Below, one piece after another: positions 26,218-39,200 of a stretch of 64,000 bases of DNA. This stretch comes from Cenococcum geophilum (Eukaryota), in NCBI GenBank assembly GCA_050273025.1, contig CP158635.1, positions 18,910,001 to 18,974,000 of the forward strand. Direction: 5' to 3'. Below the pieces are notes generated by a model. It searched no databases. It was not told the origin of the DNA and was given only the letters and a program-made list of their open reading frames with translations. Position 1 is the stretch's first letter. Each line of letters starts with the position of its first letter. Position numbers and translations under genes: made by a program.

Positions 26218-29200
26218 GGAGCGGAGACATCAGAGTCACCCTAAAGGACCAACAGGTAAAGGAACGAGCCGTAAGGGCAGGGGATAGGCTAGGAGAACGT
26301 ATTGGCATAAAAGTACTCCGCGAGGATTACCCAGTCAAAGTCCCAGCGGTCCCCATAAGCCTTAAGGTAGAAAAGGGACGCCAGGCGGATAATACAGTAA
26401 TTATATAAAAGATAGTAAGACAAACGGAACGCCTTATACTAGGACTCGAGATTACCCAAATCTAATAGCTTTAATAGGAAAATATAAACTAAGCAAATAA
26501 TAAGAATAATAAGAGGATATAAGGGTCGCTAGAGACTTACTAAGGAGACACTAAACGAACGCATAGCTCCCTTATCGTTAGCACATATACACTAGGAATG
26601 CAAAAACTCCTTATCTAAAAAGAAATAATTATAAACGGCCTTATATATAATATAAGGCTCTATAACCATAGACTACGCCTAAAATAATACTATTGCTATA
26701 TATAATGGGGACACACCTAATCTACATGCGCAGTATAGGTGTGCTGTGGCTACTATACAGGCCCCCACAATACAAGACACTACTTAAATTAAGACTAAAT
26801 AAAATGCGTAAACTGCCACCAAAGCATATATAAGACGTAGGAGAGAGAAGACTGCATTAAATACAGGAGATAGAAGGTAAGGGCTTAACAGCTACGGGAA
26901 TAACTATACGTAAGGTTATATAAATAGAAACAACAGGCGATAAGCTAGGGGGGCATAGGTGCCTTTTTAGCGTTTCCTACCTTTAATACTAAGGGGCTAG
27001 GCTAGCCATCCCAAGCCTTAACGGGCCAAAAGCGACGCCGCGCGATATTACTAGACTATATAGGGATATAAGGGTCACAGGGGACATAAGGGAGAGGACG
27101 CCCTATAGGAAGACCCTTATAGACAGCTATAGCAAGCTTAAGACCAGGACAATTAAGAATTAGACTTAACGCGGCAAATATAACATTTACAGCTAACTTT
27201 TAAAGGGCGTATAGCTAACTAGTAAGAATAGGGGAAGAACTAGAGATAATAACAGATTTAGATATAGAAGCGCTAGTAGGAACACAAGATATAGGAATAG
27301 AAAGCTCTATATAAAATAAGTAGTAATTAGGGTGTAGATATAAGAGATAGAAGTTCTAAATATCCTAGAGAAAGTGGAAATAGAAGAAGTAAGAAATAAT
27401 AAAGAGGCAAAGGACCCTCGCCAAGGGTCCGCCACCTATCCATTATATAGTATAACTGTAGTAATATAAACTACCGTCTTGCAAGGCCCTTACTAGACAG
27501 TTTAGACCTAGAGAAATACTATATCGTTACTATATAAGAGCCGTACTATAATACCTACATATAATTAATATACTGCCCCTAAGGATTCTAGCTTCTATAT
27601 AAACCAAAAGCAGCTATATACGTGTGCTTTATAATTAGTAAGACTATTAGCCTATCCTTATAGTTATAGCAGGCAGTTAATCTAGATATTATAGTTATAA
27701 TAATTTAGACATATAGAGGACCGGTATAAATTATTAATATATATAACCTTGGGGTTAAAGGGGTCCTATAAATAGAGAACATTATATTAGTAATAAGCTT
27801 ACTTAAAACTAAAGGCACAGAGTCTATCCTATTAGGAGATATAAACCTTTACTACCTGCGGTAAAGGGGTATCTATATTACTGCTAAATAATAGGTAGAG
27901 TGCCTACTAAAAGCTATAGACACCTAGGGCCTTAAGCTGGCCACCCCCCCTAGAGCAATTATATGGCAATAAGGATCCGCTAAAAGTATAATTAACCTTA
28001 CATTTATGGACGAAGGCCTATACTAGAGATTTAAAAGGTACAACCCTAAAGAAAAATAGGCACTTACTTTAGATTATATCCCCATCTAGATATAGCTAGA
28101 TTTAGATATTAAGGCGCAACTAAATAGCAAAAGATACGCAATAAGGATGCTTAAGGCAGACAGCTTCTTTAATATAGTTAAACAATAACTCTAAGACCTA
28201 GAAGAAATCCACCCAATACTAAATAAGTGAGGCTTATTAGTCACCCCTAAGGAGATTAACTAAAGACTAGAAAGGATCTAGGTAGCAATTGAAAATAGGT
28301 TAGAAGAGTACTGCCCGGTCTTAAGACCGGGCCCCTATACATAATATGCATAGTCCATATAATGCGCGGTTCTTATAGCTAGCCAATAATAAGTAAGAAG
28401 GAAATACTTAAGTAGCTATAACCTTAAAGATAAGAGATAATATAAAGACATAAGAAACCAGTTAAAGAATACCCTAAAAAAAGAAGTAAGGAACAACTAG
28501 AGACGATTTATAAATAAGCATACTTTTAACCTAAGCCTCCCCTATAATAAGGGCCTGTAGGCTATAGTAAAATAGGCAAAGAAAAAGGCAGGGCGATTAG
28601 TAGAAGACCTACACTTACTACCCTTACAAAGAGTAGGGAAATTATAGGCTACTAATAATAATAATAAGAAGGCAAAGATCCTTATAAAAAGGTTCTTCCC
28701 CTAACTAGCTCTAGCAAACCTTAGTAATATTACGGGTAAAACACCAATAACTCGCCTATGGGTTAACAGCGATATAATAATAGAGGAAATGGCCAGAACT
28801 ATTAGCCGCCTTTTAAATAATATAGTACTAGGACTAGATAGGATTCTAAATAAGGCCCTAAAGACCTATAAACTACTTATAGTACCCTAGCTTATAGATA
28901 TAGCTAGAGCATACTTTACTATAGGCTACTACCCGTAACTTAGAAGATCTATAACGACGGTTATCCTATAAAAAAAAAGGTAAAGTAGATTACTTAATCC
29001 CAGAAAGCTACCGCCCTATTGCCTTAAAAAACACCCTTAGCAAGATCTTAGAAAAGGTAATAGCGGACCATATAGCAGATACGGCTAAGGAATACACCCT
29101 ACTACTATAGAGCTAAATAGAGGCAAGAAAGAACCGCTTAACACTATTAGTACTTACGCTACTCGCTACTACTATTAAATCCGCATAGGCGATGCAAAGG

Positions 29201-31157
29201 GACTTTATAGTATTAATACTCAGCCTAGATATTAATGGCGCCTACAACAATATACCCTATAAGCGTCTCCTATACATCCTTAGGGCAAAAGGCTTCCTAG
29301 AATAGATTATACAATTTACTTAAGGGTTTATAGGTTAGAAAAAAATATTACTGGTCTTTAGTAGATACTAGAGCCACCCTATTATAGTTATAACAGGAAT
29401 ACTATAAGAATTACCCCTCTTGCCTATACTCTTCCTTTTCTTTATAAGTAACTTACTTAACTCCTTTAAGGAAGGGGCGACCTAGGGGATAGGCTTTATT
29501 AATAATATAAACCTAATTATATACGGGCCAATAGCCGTAGAGAATTATAGAATACTAGAGAAAGCTTATAATACCTATATAAAATAGGCAAGACGATATA
29601 GAGTTTAATTCTTACTAGAGAAATACTAGCTAATCTATTTTATAAGAAAACGCAACTAATTTATAGATCTCTAGTATATAATTCGTATCTAAGGCTTTAG
29701 GGGTTAACTAGTTTAGGGCCTAAGGGTATTAGGAGTATAGGTAAATAGTAAGCTTTAGTAGAGCGTATATGCGGCGTAAGCGGCCTATAAGGGCTAAGTA
29801 TAGTATATCGCATTATCTAGGATTGTTAACTCTATATAGGGTCTATGCTTTTAAAGGTTACGCCTATTATACACAGCAGTTATCCAGCTAACCATAATAT
29901 ATAGGTCTAGTATTTGGGCCATTAGAGAATCTAAGAAAGGCCCCCCTAAGTCGCTCCTTAAACCACTCTAAAAGGTCTAAATAGCCTGCCTCTAGAGTAT
30001 AATAGGCGTATATAAGCGAACGGCCACAGCACTACTTAAAAAGGAAGCTAATATTCCCCCCCTATAACTATATATTAAAGCCACTATAATATAAAGGGCG
30101 TAAAATAAACGTAACTCTAATGTTATAAAGTATATTAAGATACGCCTAAATAAACTATGGAGGGACCCTAGGGCGCCCTATAGGAGAATAAACCAATAAC
30201 CCTAAAATAGGGAAGATATATTAGAGAAATAAGTAAAGAAAATAGAAGAAGAATGGTGCTGCTTTAGGGCCTAGGCCTATATAGAGGAGAAAGGGAGACG
30301 CGTAAGAGGCTAGTAAAGATAATAGTAAGAGAGAGAAAGGAGCTAAAGTAGAGCATAAAAGAACGCTAGGAAACTATCCACCGCAATATAATACTGGTTA
30401 GACTAACGCTAAAGAGGCGTATAGGAGTTAAAGGTACAGAGGCTAACTAAGGTAAGAGGAACCCAAGCCGTAGCATAGTTAACGCTATAGGGGGTAAACA
30501 CTCTAGGGCTCTAAAAAGGCCTAATAAAGGTAGAAAATATAATAGTAATACTCTTAAGAATAGGAATAATAGGACTAAAAGACTGGCTCTACTAAGTAGG
30601 TGTTTTAGTAGGTAGCCTAAAATGCGAATATGGCTGGCTAAGATAGACACTAAAATACGTAATACTATTATGCCCCTTACGCACCAACTAAGAAGTAATG
30701 CTCTTAGTAGCTAGCATAGAGAACTATAATACACTACTCTTAATATAAAAAGGCCTTAAGGCGGTTACCTAGTGGCTTATTAACTAAAATATACTAAACT
30801 AGTTTTAGGTTATAAGGGAAATAGTAATAGAGGGTAGGGGCGGGTAAGCAACGGGCGCCCCCTAATAACTCTACAGTAGTAGAGTAAAGTGTGTAATACT
30901 AGCGCATCCGTAGGCTTATTACGGCAGTAGTGGTTCCTAAGGAGGTTAAAAAGTAAAGTAGTAGGAGTACTATAGGTGACTTATAGGCGCCCCGTAGGCG
31001 CCTTATAGGCGAGTCCTAAAAGGCAGAGAGATAGATTATAGGGTTTTCTTAAATAGAGTTTTCTCCCTATATATATATAAGGAGTAGTTTATATAGGCCT
31101 AATAGGGATCTAAATCGGATGTTAAGCAATGAATTATTATTATTATTATTATTATTA
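26218..31157 (+). mobile_element. 5'-truncated Tad1-like LINE (partial ORF1; ORF2 endonuclease-RT), RIP-degraded
   Basis: 14-bp TSD TAATTCTTTTTATA (26204-26217, 31158-31171); (TTA)n tail. ORF1 CCHC knuckles at ~26690-26850, APE start at ~27445, RT motifs YRPIALxNTLxK, LDIxGAYxN and GxPLxPILFLF, C-terminal Cys motif at ~30620. Confidence 0.92.
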
Positions 31158-31703
31158 TAATTCTTTTTATATAAGCTAGTATAGCTTTTCTTTAGCTATT
31201 GCTATTAATTCTGGATCTCTGTATATTTATATAAGCCTACTAGCAGATCTATTTTAACTTAAAAATATATACCGCGCCTCTAAATTAGTGGTTGCTATAC
31301 TGTTAGTTTATATCTTTATAAGATAAGGTTTAAACTACTTTAATACTTAACCTGTTAAGAATAATCCTATATACGCTACTTAATCCGCTACCTATTCTAA
31401 CTTTATTCCTTTATATTGGATTTTTAACTTTATTTATATAAGGAACGCCTTTAGTTTATACTTTTCTCCTAAGAATCTTTTAATCGATAGTATTTTAATC
31501 TTTTCTCTCTTTATATCTTATAGTTGTTAAAGTAGTGCCTAAGTATTAGTATTATTTTATTCTATAACACTTCTAAATTAATTTATTATAACTACTTGTA
31601 AGTTATTATTGCGTATACTAGTATCTCCTCCTAATCCTAAAGTAGTTACTACCATAGATGGTATATTACTTAACTTCCTTTACTATAACCTTAGTAGTAA
31701 ATA

Positions 31704-32115
31704 TATAATAAAGCCTTATAGGAAATACTATAATAGACTTATTAATAGGCTAGGTATATAGGTTAAGGAATATTTAACAATATAAATATAACTTAGTAGA
31801 GTAGGTTACCTAATAGATTAAGTCTAATTATATTTTAAGATTTACTATAAAGAAGATAACTATTTAGGTAGGGACTGTGGTCCTTTAAATATATAATACT
31901 ACGCCTAAAAAATATACTAAGTACGTTAGTACGTTAGTATGTTAGTATATTACATTCCTATATTCCTACGTTCCTATATAACGTAACTAGCTATATAACC
32001 TAGCTACCTTTTATCTTATAGCTTAATTAATCCTAGCGCCTCTAGTACTATCTTAACTAACCCGTTTATGTCTTTTCTTAGTAGTGCTACTACTGCCAAT
32101 ATAAGGTCCGTAATA
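31704..32115 (-). repeat. Gypsy 5' LTR (412 bp), same family as the LTR at 60863-61286
   Basis: Colinear similarity with 60863-61286, with RIPed termini. Confidence 0.8.
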
Positions 32116-32969
32116 ACTAAAGGCCCCTTATTCCTATAAGAGATGCTATTATAAATTATCTAGCCTAAATATCACCTAAATTTAAGGATATAGTAATTAA
32201 TAATATATTTTTCCTTAATATATCTAGTAATAAAGATCTAGCCTCTACTAATTTAAATAGAAGCCTTATCTATCTGAATTACTACTACCTATATCTTAGG
32301 AGTCTATTTAAGGTAAAAATAGGCCTATTTTAGCTAGGCCTTTTATTATTTAGGTACAATAAGGGGCTTCTCTATAGCAATACGGCGAAAGTAGCCCTCT
32401 TTTTTAAAAGCGTTATATAAGAATTGCTTATAGGTAGATATACCTTTAAAAAAGGCAATCTCCTTAAAGGACTTTTATTAGTGCTAATAATCTTACTTAA
32501 CTTATATAATTAAACGCTATTGTATTAGGGAATTAATATTTAGCCTTCTTCCTTTCTACTTTTAAAAGGTCTAAGTATCCTTTTAAAGAGAGGCAGAAAT
32601 TGCACTATAAGAGATACTAAGAGAGCTGCTAATCTTCTTATAAGTCTAACTAGCGTAGCGATTAAGGGTATATATAATATTACGTTTATAAGTAGAGAGC
32701 CGGGTTTCTAGCTATTAAAGGACCGGATAGTAAAGAAGTAGAGGTAAGTAGTAACTATTATTCTAGTATATAAGATTTAGTATTTTAAGATATATATTTC
32801 TGCTATAGCATTTTAATTATTTTATATTACCTCCAGGTTGTGCTCTAGCAGCTTCCTTGGCTTATAAATTACGCTTTATATGGCTAAAACCACGCCAGCG
32901 CCCGCTCAGGTTACCCCATTGTAACTCAGCCGCTAACTCAGCCACACAAAACGAACTGTGGATATACTA
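32116..32969 (-). mobile_element. Tc1/mariner (Tc1-like) DNA transposon 5' remnant
   Basis: De-RIPed minus frame KEGYFRRIAxEKP...RLxWA...W...W..VIxTDEAS at ~32250-32410; cut by the LTR at 32115. Terminus uncertain. Confidence 0.7.
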
Positions 32970-32996
32970 TTAATGTGCACAACTAGCTTCCACCTC

Positions 32997-33441
32997 CCCC
33001 TTTGGCGAGTGCTCTAAATTTTTAAATTCGGTACACGCATCTAATCTCGCTTATAATTGTAGCGAACGGCTATAGCTACACGCAAGGACTATTTTTGGTT
33101 GCCCTAGAGAATTATTCTGGTTGGCCAGAGGAATTCGAATTAAAACAACTCAGAACCTGCCTGACGTACGTTTCCTTAACATATGCTTCCTCTTTCTCTC
33201 TCTTTTACTTATGCCTCTGCCAAAATGCGAATACAACGCTGTCTCTGCAATGGCCGATGAAATTTGGCAATATCGTATTGGTGGAAACTCACGATATTGA
33301 CGAAGATCACAACAATGCAGAAGCAAGGTTCTTGCAGCCAAGCATACGGCTTCGCTACAATTACTATGTACAGTTAGTGGCAACCAGGCGAGATTGGATG
33401 CGCGTACCGAATTTAAAATTTTGGAGCACTCGCCAAAGGGG
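32997..33441. repeat. 54-bp inverted repeat pair (32997-33050 / 33388-33441), possible MITE
   Basis: Arms match at 50 of 54 positions; no TSD seen. Confidence 0.8.
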
Positions 33442-34448
33442 ACGAGCCGTGAACACCACTATATCATTAACGCGTACGGCGGCCCACCTAATAGCCCGGC
33501 CCTATTCCCGTACTGATTCGCGTCTATGCCGCCGATCGCCGAGGAAGAGAAGTATCTACTGCTAAAGACAAGGAACGTATTCAAGAGGCTTAAGATTATG
33601 AATAGATGGATCTAGAGGATCGATGGGCAGAGGTAGTAAGTTGTCTTTTTTTTCATATTTATGGGTTAGGCGCGGAGTGGCAAGCTTAGGCGTTATAGGA
33701 ATCTAGAGAAGTTAACGTCTATCCCGTTACATCTTTTTAATTCCGTTATATTTCCTATAAGGGTTTATTCTAGCTATTATAATCTACAGGTTACAGCTTC
33801 TGTTATGGCACAACCGGCTAATACAGTATATAGCTAATAGGTTATCTGAAAGCGCCTGCACAGTCTTATAACAACCCTACTGCACCGGCTGCTTCTTATC
33901 GGAACGCTGGTTCTCGTCTTCTGGCTTGTTTTACCTAAGTTATTAGACTCTCTACTGCTTCCTCTTTAATCTACGCGTGCTTTCTTCCAATATTATCTAT
34001 CCTAACAACGCCGTTACGATACTAGAGACATAATCTGCCTTTATGGCCCGTTCAGAATTCCTATTATTAAGCTCCTCTCCGTGCCGTTTTTTGAACTTTC
34101 TATTAAATAGACCGAATTATTTACATTATATAGCATTCCACTATCTAACGATACTACTTATTTCTTCTGGCCATATCACCTATCTCGTCTTCTAATCTCC
34201 CTATTTAATTCACCTTATATCCGAATCTCAACGCCTGCTTTGATATTTTCTTTTATCTTCGGCTCGTCTACATCCAATGCATTAGCGGTGTTTTCGTTGG
34301 TCCCAAAACTCCTATTTTCGCTTCGGCATTATCCACGCAATCCATCCCGACTCCTATAAGAAAACACAACCGTTACAATATTGATTCAATTGATTCAATT
34401 AATTGAGCCCTCTGCTTATAAAGCTTTTAATTCAACCAACTAGAGGCG

Positions 34449-35226
34449 TCAATTGAATTGAATTGATTGATCTGCAGGCCTGACGACATTTCCGTCCTGG
34501 TAGACGCTTGGGAACCATACGCCCCGGTCAAATCGTCCAAAGCTCCAATCAGACGGGTGCTTTTGTACCATGCGTTGGATTCTATCGGCAGATGTGCACA
34601 TTCGCTCAATATGGTCTTCACGTCGACCATCTGCAGGATTTGAGGCATAAGACCCAAGCTTTCCGGCGAGGTCGCTTATGACAGCGCTCGCTAGTGGTTA
34701 CATGTAAGACCAGATGAAATCAATGGGGGAGTATATGTGGAGCCGTACCGTTATTACCACCAACCGTTATATGGCTAACTAAGGCTTCGCCTATGGTTCG
34801 ACGAACATAGGAAAAATACTGTGCGGCATAAAAGCGCTTTGCATGCTGATCTATGAGTATACAGAGCACTGCTATGCCCTGAGCGATATTGTTGTCTTTG
34901 GGTGTGTGGTCTTTGTAGATTGGTGGCTGCCCCCGATAGCTTGACTTTAGTTGAGTGTGTCTCCCCTGGGCGGAGCCGGTTCGTCTGGAATTGGAAGAAG
35001 GCCTTTGGCTGGAGGGAGGTTGTTTAGAGCTAGTGGAGGGCCTAGTTGAATTAGACGAAGGCCGCTCAGAAGATGAGGGTTGTTGAAAAGAGGGAGGTTG
35101 CTTAGAGGCAGGTTGATTCTGGCTGGTGGGAAGTCGATTTGAAGTGCAAGGTTGAGCTGTTGATGCTCTCACAGGTTCCAAAGGTATAGGGTCGTTGGCC
35201 GCTTCCTTTGAACTACTACAGCCCAT
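34449..35226 (-). CDS. Hypothetical ~239-aa protein with an N-terminal MGCSSS acylation-type motif; 2 exons (35226-34749, 34690-34449)
   Basis: ATG at 35226. A 58-nt GTACGG...CTAG intron at 34748-34691 joins an open exon 2 (ASAVISDLAGKL...WSFGRFDRGVWFPSVYQDG...) that ends in TGA; 720 nt in total. Confidence 0.7.
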
Positions 35227-36272
35227 AATTAGTTACAGCCTCTCATAGGGTTGCAAATCAATTGATAAGGTTTCAATATTGAATTGAATTGATTATTAAG
35301 ACTTAATCAATTCAACCAACTGAGAGTTTGCTGGCTTGGTAACTCAATTAATCTGAAGGCCCTGATTGAATTGAAGTGACAGGTAAAGACCAATTGAATT
35401 AGTGCTAAGCTGTCGTGGGTTTGGTGCACAATCCTTCAAGGCAGTGATCTAATTGGACCGGCGCGAACACTCGCGTCAGTTAGATCCAAAATGGTGGGCT
35501 AGCCTATATAGGTAACTATTATTCCTATTTAGGTATGGTGCATTTGATTTTGACTTGGTGGCGTTAAACTTTAGATAAGGCCAAGGCTGTGTGTCGAGCG
35601 AAGCAGATTCCGCAAACATGATTGAGGGAAGAGCGCTGCGAAAAAGTGATCAGGTCTCCTGACGGAATTCTTCGTGGGCAAAAACAGTGTTGAGTTTACT
35701 GGACGTATAGGCAGCGCTACGAAAGGTGGGTAGATTCTTCCGTGCTCGGGTGCGGTGCTTCTCCTTGCTCTTGAAAGTTAGTACTCTATATATTAAAAAG
35801 TTTTGTGACCTCAGGGAATGTAGGACGATAGATAACGTTCATCCGCAACAATATTATTAGTCTGTAATCTTAGCCTCGCACCTCAAAAATAGGTACACTA
35901 ACATCAATCATTAGCTCCTCTAATCCCTCGAAAAGCTGCGAGCACACATCCCATCCACAAGCAAGCAATACAATCGCAAGTCCAGTCCCCTACAGCTGGA
36001 GGGGTATTCGCTAAACAACTCCGTAAAAATGAACCGATTCCAAGGATGGAGAAGCACAATAAAGTATATGGAAACAAACATAAGACACATCGGAAATCAG
36101 TAAGTCGGGTATTCGGGGTAATCGTGAAAATATGGCGTCAATATAAAACCGTACAGTTGATTCTCCAACCTCGTTCCGGTCTATTCTGCGGTCTCTCTAC
36201 TTCCCAAAAGCCATTCTCGAAATTCAATTATTATGTATGTCGTAAAATGGGAAGGACCATGGAGAGGGGCAA

Positions 36273-39200
36273 CTATTGTGACTCCCTCTTTTCTAGGCCC
36301 TTTCCCTGCACTACCGCTGTCCAATCTTCCCATTCTTTCGCCATCTCTGTGAGCACATTGCCCATGACGACAGCACTTGCCATGAGGCCGTGTTGTTCGC
36401 CATCGAGAATACGAACTTCGCACCGTCGCATAAGTTTGCCAAGCCATCTGACATTATCGACTGGGACGCGCGAATCCTTGCTGCCATGATGAATAACCAC
36501 CCCGCGCGTGATATCTTCATACCTAAAGCCAATTGTCTGCCTTGTTTCGAGACAGACAATTAGGTCGGTGGCGGGATTGGCATTTGAAGTAGCACGATCC
36601 CAGATAGCAAAAGTAAGGCGCTCGTCAAACGCGTGTTGGCGCTCTCGCTCTGCGATTGTGAGCGCAGCTTTAACGTTCTTAGCAGCCTCGTAATTTGGAT
36701 CAGAAGGATTTACTGCTGCAAGAGACAGTGCACTACCGTTCGGCAAAATTTGATCCATCAGCATGATTGATTCCCGTCGGGTATCTTTGATGGGGGGCCG
36801 GTTGACTATTTGAGGTGATTGGGTGTTAATGTTCTTGCGCTTGGTTTTCTGAGTCTTGGGTACACTTCTTGTGATGCTTGCACTAGTGGCACTTAGGAAA
36901 GTGGAATTTGCGACTTTGAGAAGAGATGGAGGCAAGACGCGGAGAAACCTTTGCGATTTGGGTAGCTGGCCACCTGGCGGTGAGTCTTGATGTACACCTA
37001 TTGGCGCCATCTGTGATGGAGGTATCCAAGGTGCTAGAAGATGTACTCTTCCGCGGATATGTTGAGGAATTCGTAGAGCAGTTGCAAGAGCATACACTGC
37101 GCCAGCCGAGTGGGCCAGGAGAGAGAATTTAGTTATCTTCAGTGCTTGGCAGATAATGAGAACATCATCTTTCAACGTTAGCTGAAGAGCGTACAGAATA
37201 TCGGAATCTGGTTTCTTACCTGGCCAGCTCAAAGGTGTTCCATTTGTATCGGGTTGACTCTCCCCAATCCCGGGCCGGTCTGGGGTAATTAGCCGTAGTT
37301 TTAAGGTCAAAGCGAGCTCATCGTAGAACGCCATAACATATCTCGTCAAGCCCATGCCTACGCAGCAAAAAATTGCGAAGCCGCGTGGATCGCCGACCTC
37401 AGAAAAGGATATTATTCGTCCGGTCTGTGGATGGCGGACTTTTTGTGACAACCGGGGAGAGTCAAGGAAGGCCTCAACTGAGAGATCGAGGGAGTTTGTA
37501 CTCGAAGGCCGCTCCTCAATAACCGGCTGTGGAGGAGGCTTAACAGCATCGACTTCAAGATTGTGTCTCTGCTCCGCCTTTAAAGGTAGGTCCGGATGGG
37601 ACCATCTGTTCTTTTTGGGCTGCTGTCGGTGTGCGGTTGCTGAAGACGGAGAAGGTGAGATGTGTAGAGATTGGTGTCGAGGGGAGATTGGAGATGTCTC
37701 CTCGCTAGGACCTCGGCTTGATGGGATGCTGGATGGTAATGTCGAGCCAGGCTGGTCCTTTGCTGTTGTTGAAGCGCCTATGATCATGGAATGTGTGGAT
37801 CGCCTGCCTATCGCAGAACGGCCTCCAACAGCAAGTGGTTTGGATCTAGTAGGGGTTTCGTTGCTTGCGCTTTTGCTAGAGGCCTTGCTACTTGGAGAGG
37901 AAATTGTTCGCTCTAATGATAATGATTCCAATGCTAATTGATAGTTGATTGGGAGCGGGGTAGTGTCCTCCGCATTGTTCAGGATTTGGCTGTCCTCTTG
38001 TCCAAGTTCCTCTAGCTTTTCATGGTTCCCAGATAGGTCCGGTATGCGAGAAGTTCTCCTTTGAGGCGGCGTCGGAAATGCTGATATGCCCAAAATTTTA
38101 TGCGCTTTAGCGGTCGGATCTTGCGGTCGCTTTTTAGACGGGCTTGACACGGTTGAAGTTGGGGAGGGTCGGGGGCTCGCAATTGATGAAATATGCGAAA
38201 CGCTTTGAGAATCCCCTGCATCCACAACAGGCATTTTGCCGGCTATTTTATCCCTCAACTGTTTGCGCTTCTTCAACTCTCGGATTCTTCGGGCAACCTC
38301 GTTTTCTTCTGCTTCGAGCTCCTTTAAAATCTTTTCGTCTGATCGCGCCCCTAGGCTTTCTTCTTCCTCAGGCACAGTTTTTGTTTTGGACGCATCGTGC
38401 CGACTCCCGCGACGTCCGTGACCTCTTTTGCTTTTTCGCGAAGGACTCTCGTGATGACGCAGCGAAGAATTTCGCTCTGGAATTAAGCCACGTCCATTCG
38501 TCATGGTCGGGCTGTCCTGCTCATCTCCAGTGGGCGGGCTCATTCCATTGCGCAGAGGACTCGTTCCTCTACTGTAGTGATCACCCGAATGCGAGGGTCC
38601 AGCGACCACGGGTTCTTCGTCGATAGGCTCCTCAGTCGGGAAGTGTTTGGGACTTGGAGGTTGCAAATTCGATTTCGGGGTCGATAAATGTTCTACTCCC
38701 GAGGCCCCATTTGCATTTACCACTACAGGCATTGTCGCTCGTTTCCGATCAATATCTTTACCCTTCAGTCGTTCCCGCGAACTCATGTATATCAAGCTCC
38801 TGTGCCCTTTTGCGCTCCGTTTACTATCAGTCGATGTTCGACTTGCTGAAGAGTGACGCGGTACCCCTGCCTCGATACTTATATTCCCAATGCTACTGAC
38901 GGATCTGGTTGACCTTATAGAGTGCAACGAAGTCGTACTTTCGCAGCTTGCGCGGAGGTAATTCTTCATGGAACTATCTTTTTCTTTCTTGGCAGCTTTC
39001 GGCGCTGTCAGTGGAGACAATCCTGAAGGAGGCTTTGCTGTTCGTATAACGGGAGGCTCAGCTGCGTCATCTGGGTATAGGTAGTCGTTGTCCCTTAGAG
39101 ACTGCCGATAAGCACCATAGTCCACGCCAAACCCTCCATTGGTAGCCAATGGATCTCCAGCAAAGTTTGTCTGATATACATTTGGAGTTGCAGGTGTTGA

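Larger units (their letters stand above)
12223..32115 (-). mobile_element. Gypsy element (5' LTR, gag, protease, start of RT), 3'-truncated, hosting a Copia, a solo LTR with Ngaro, and a LINE
   Basis: LTR 31704-32115; zinc knuckle at ~25720-25770; protease LIDCG at ~18775-18790; pre-RT LRALKKFIxENL at ~12230-12270. The sequence resumes across each TSD. Confidence 0.8.

Noticed and set aside
9284..30650. Short ORF-track calls in the left AT-rich block (9284, 14735, 18880, 30447); the calls at 48483-58545 are similar
   Set aside because: Chance open frames or fragments within RIP-degraded TEs.
33095..33565. 156-aa ORF
   Set aside because: TTG start, runs through an inverted-repeat arm and shows no recognisable domain.
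33780..34350. Possible RIP-leaked pseudogene on the minus strand
   Set aside because: No family motif could be recognised.
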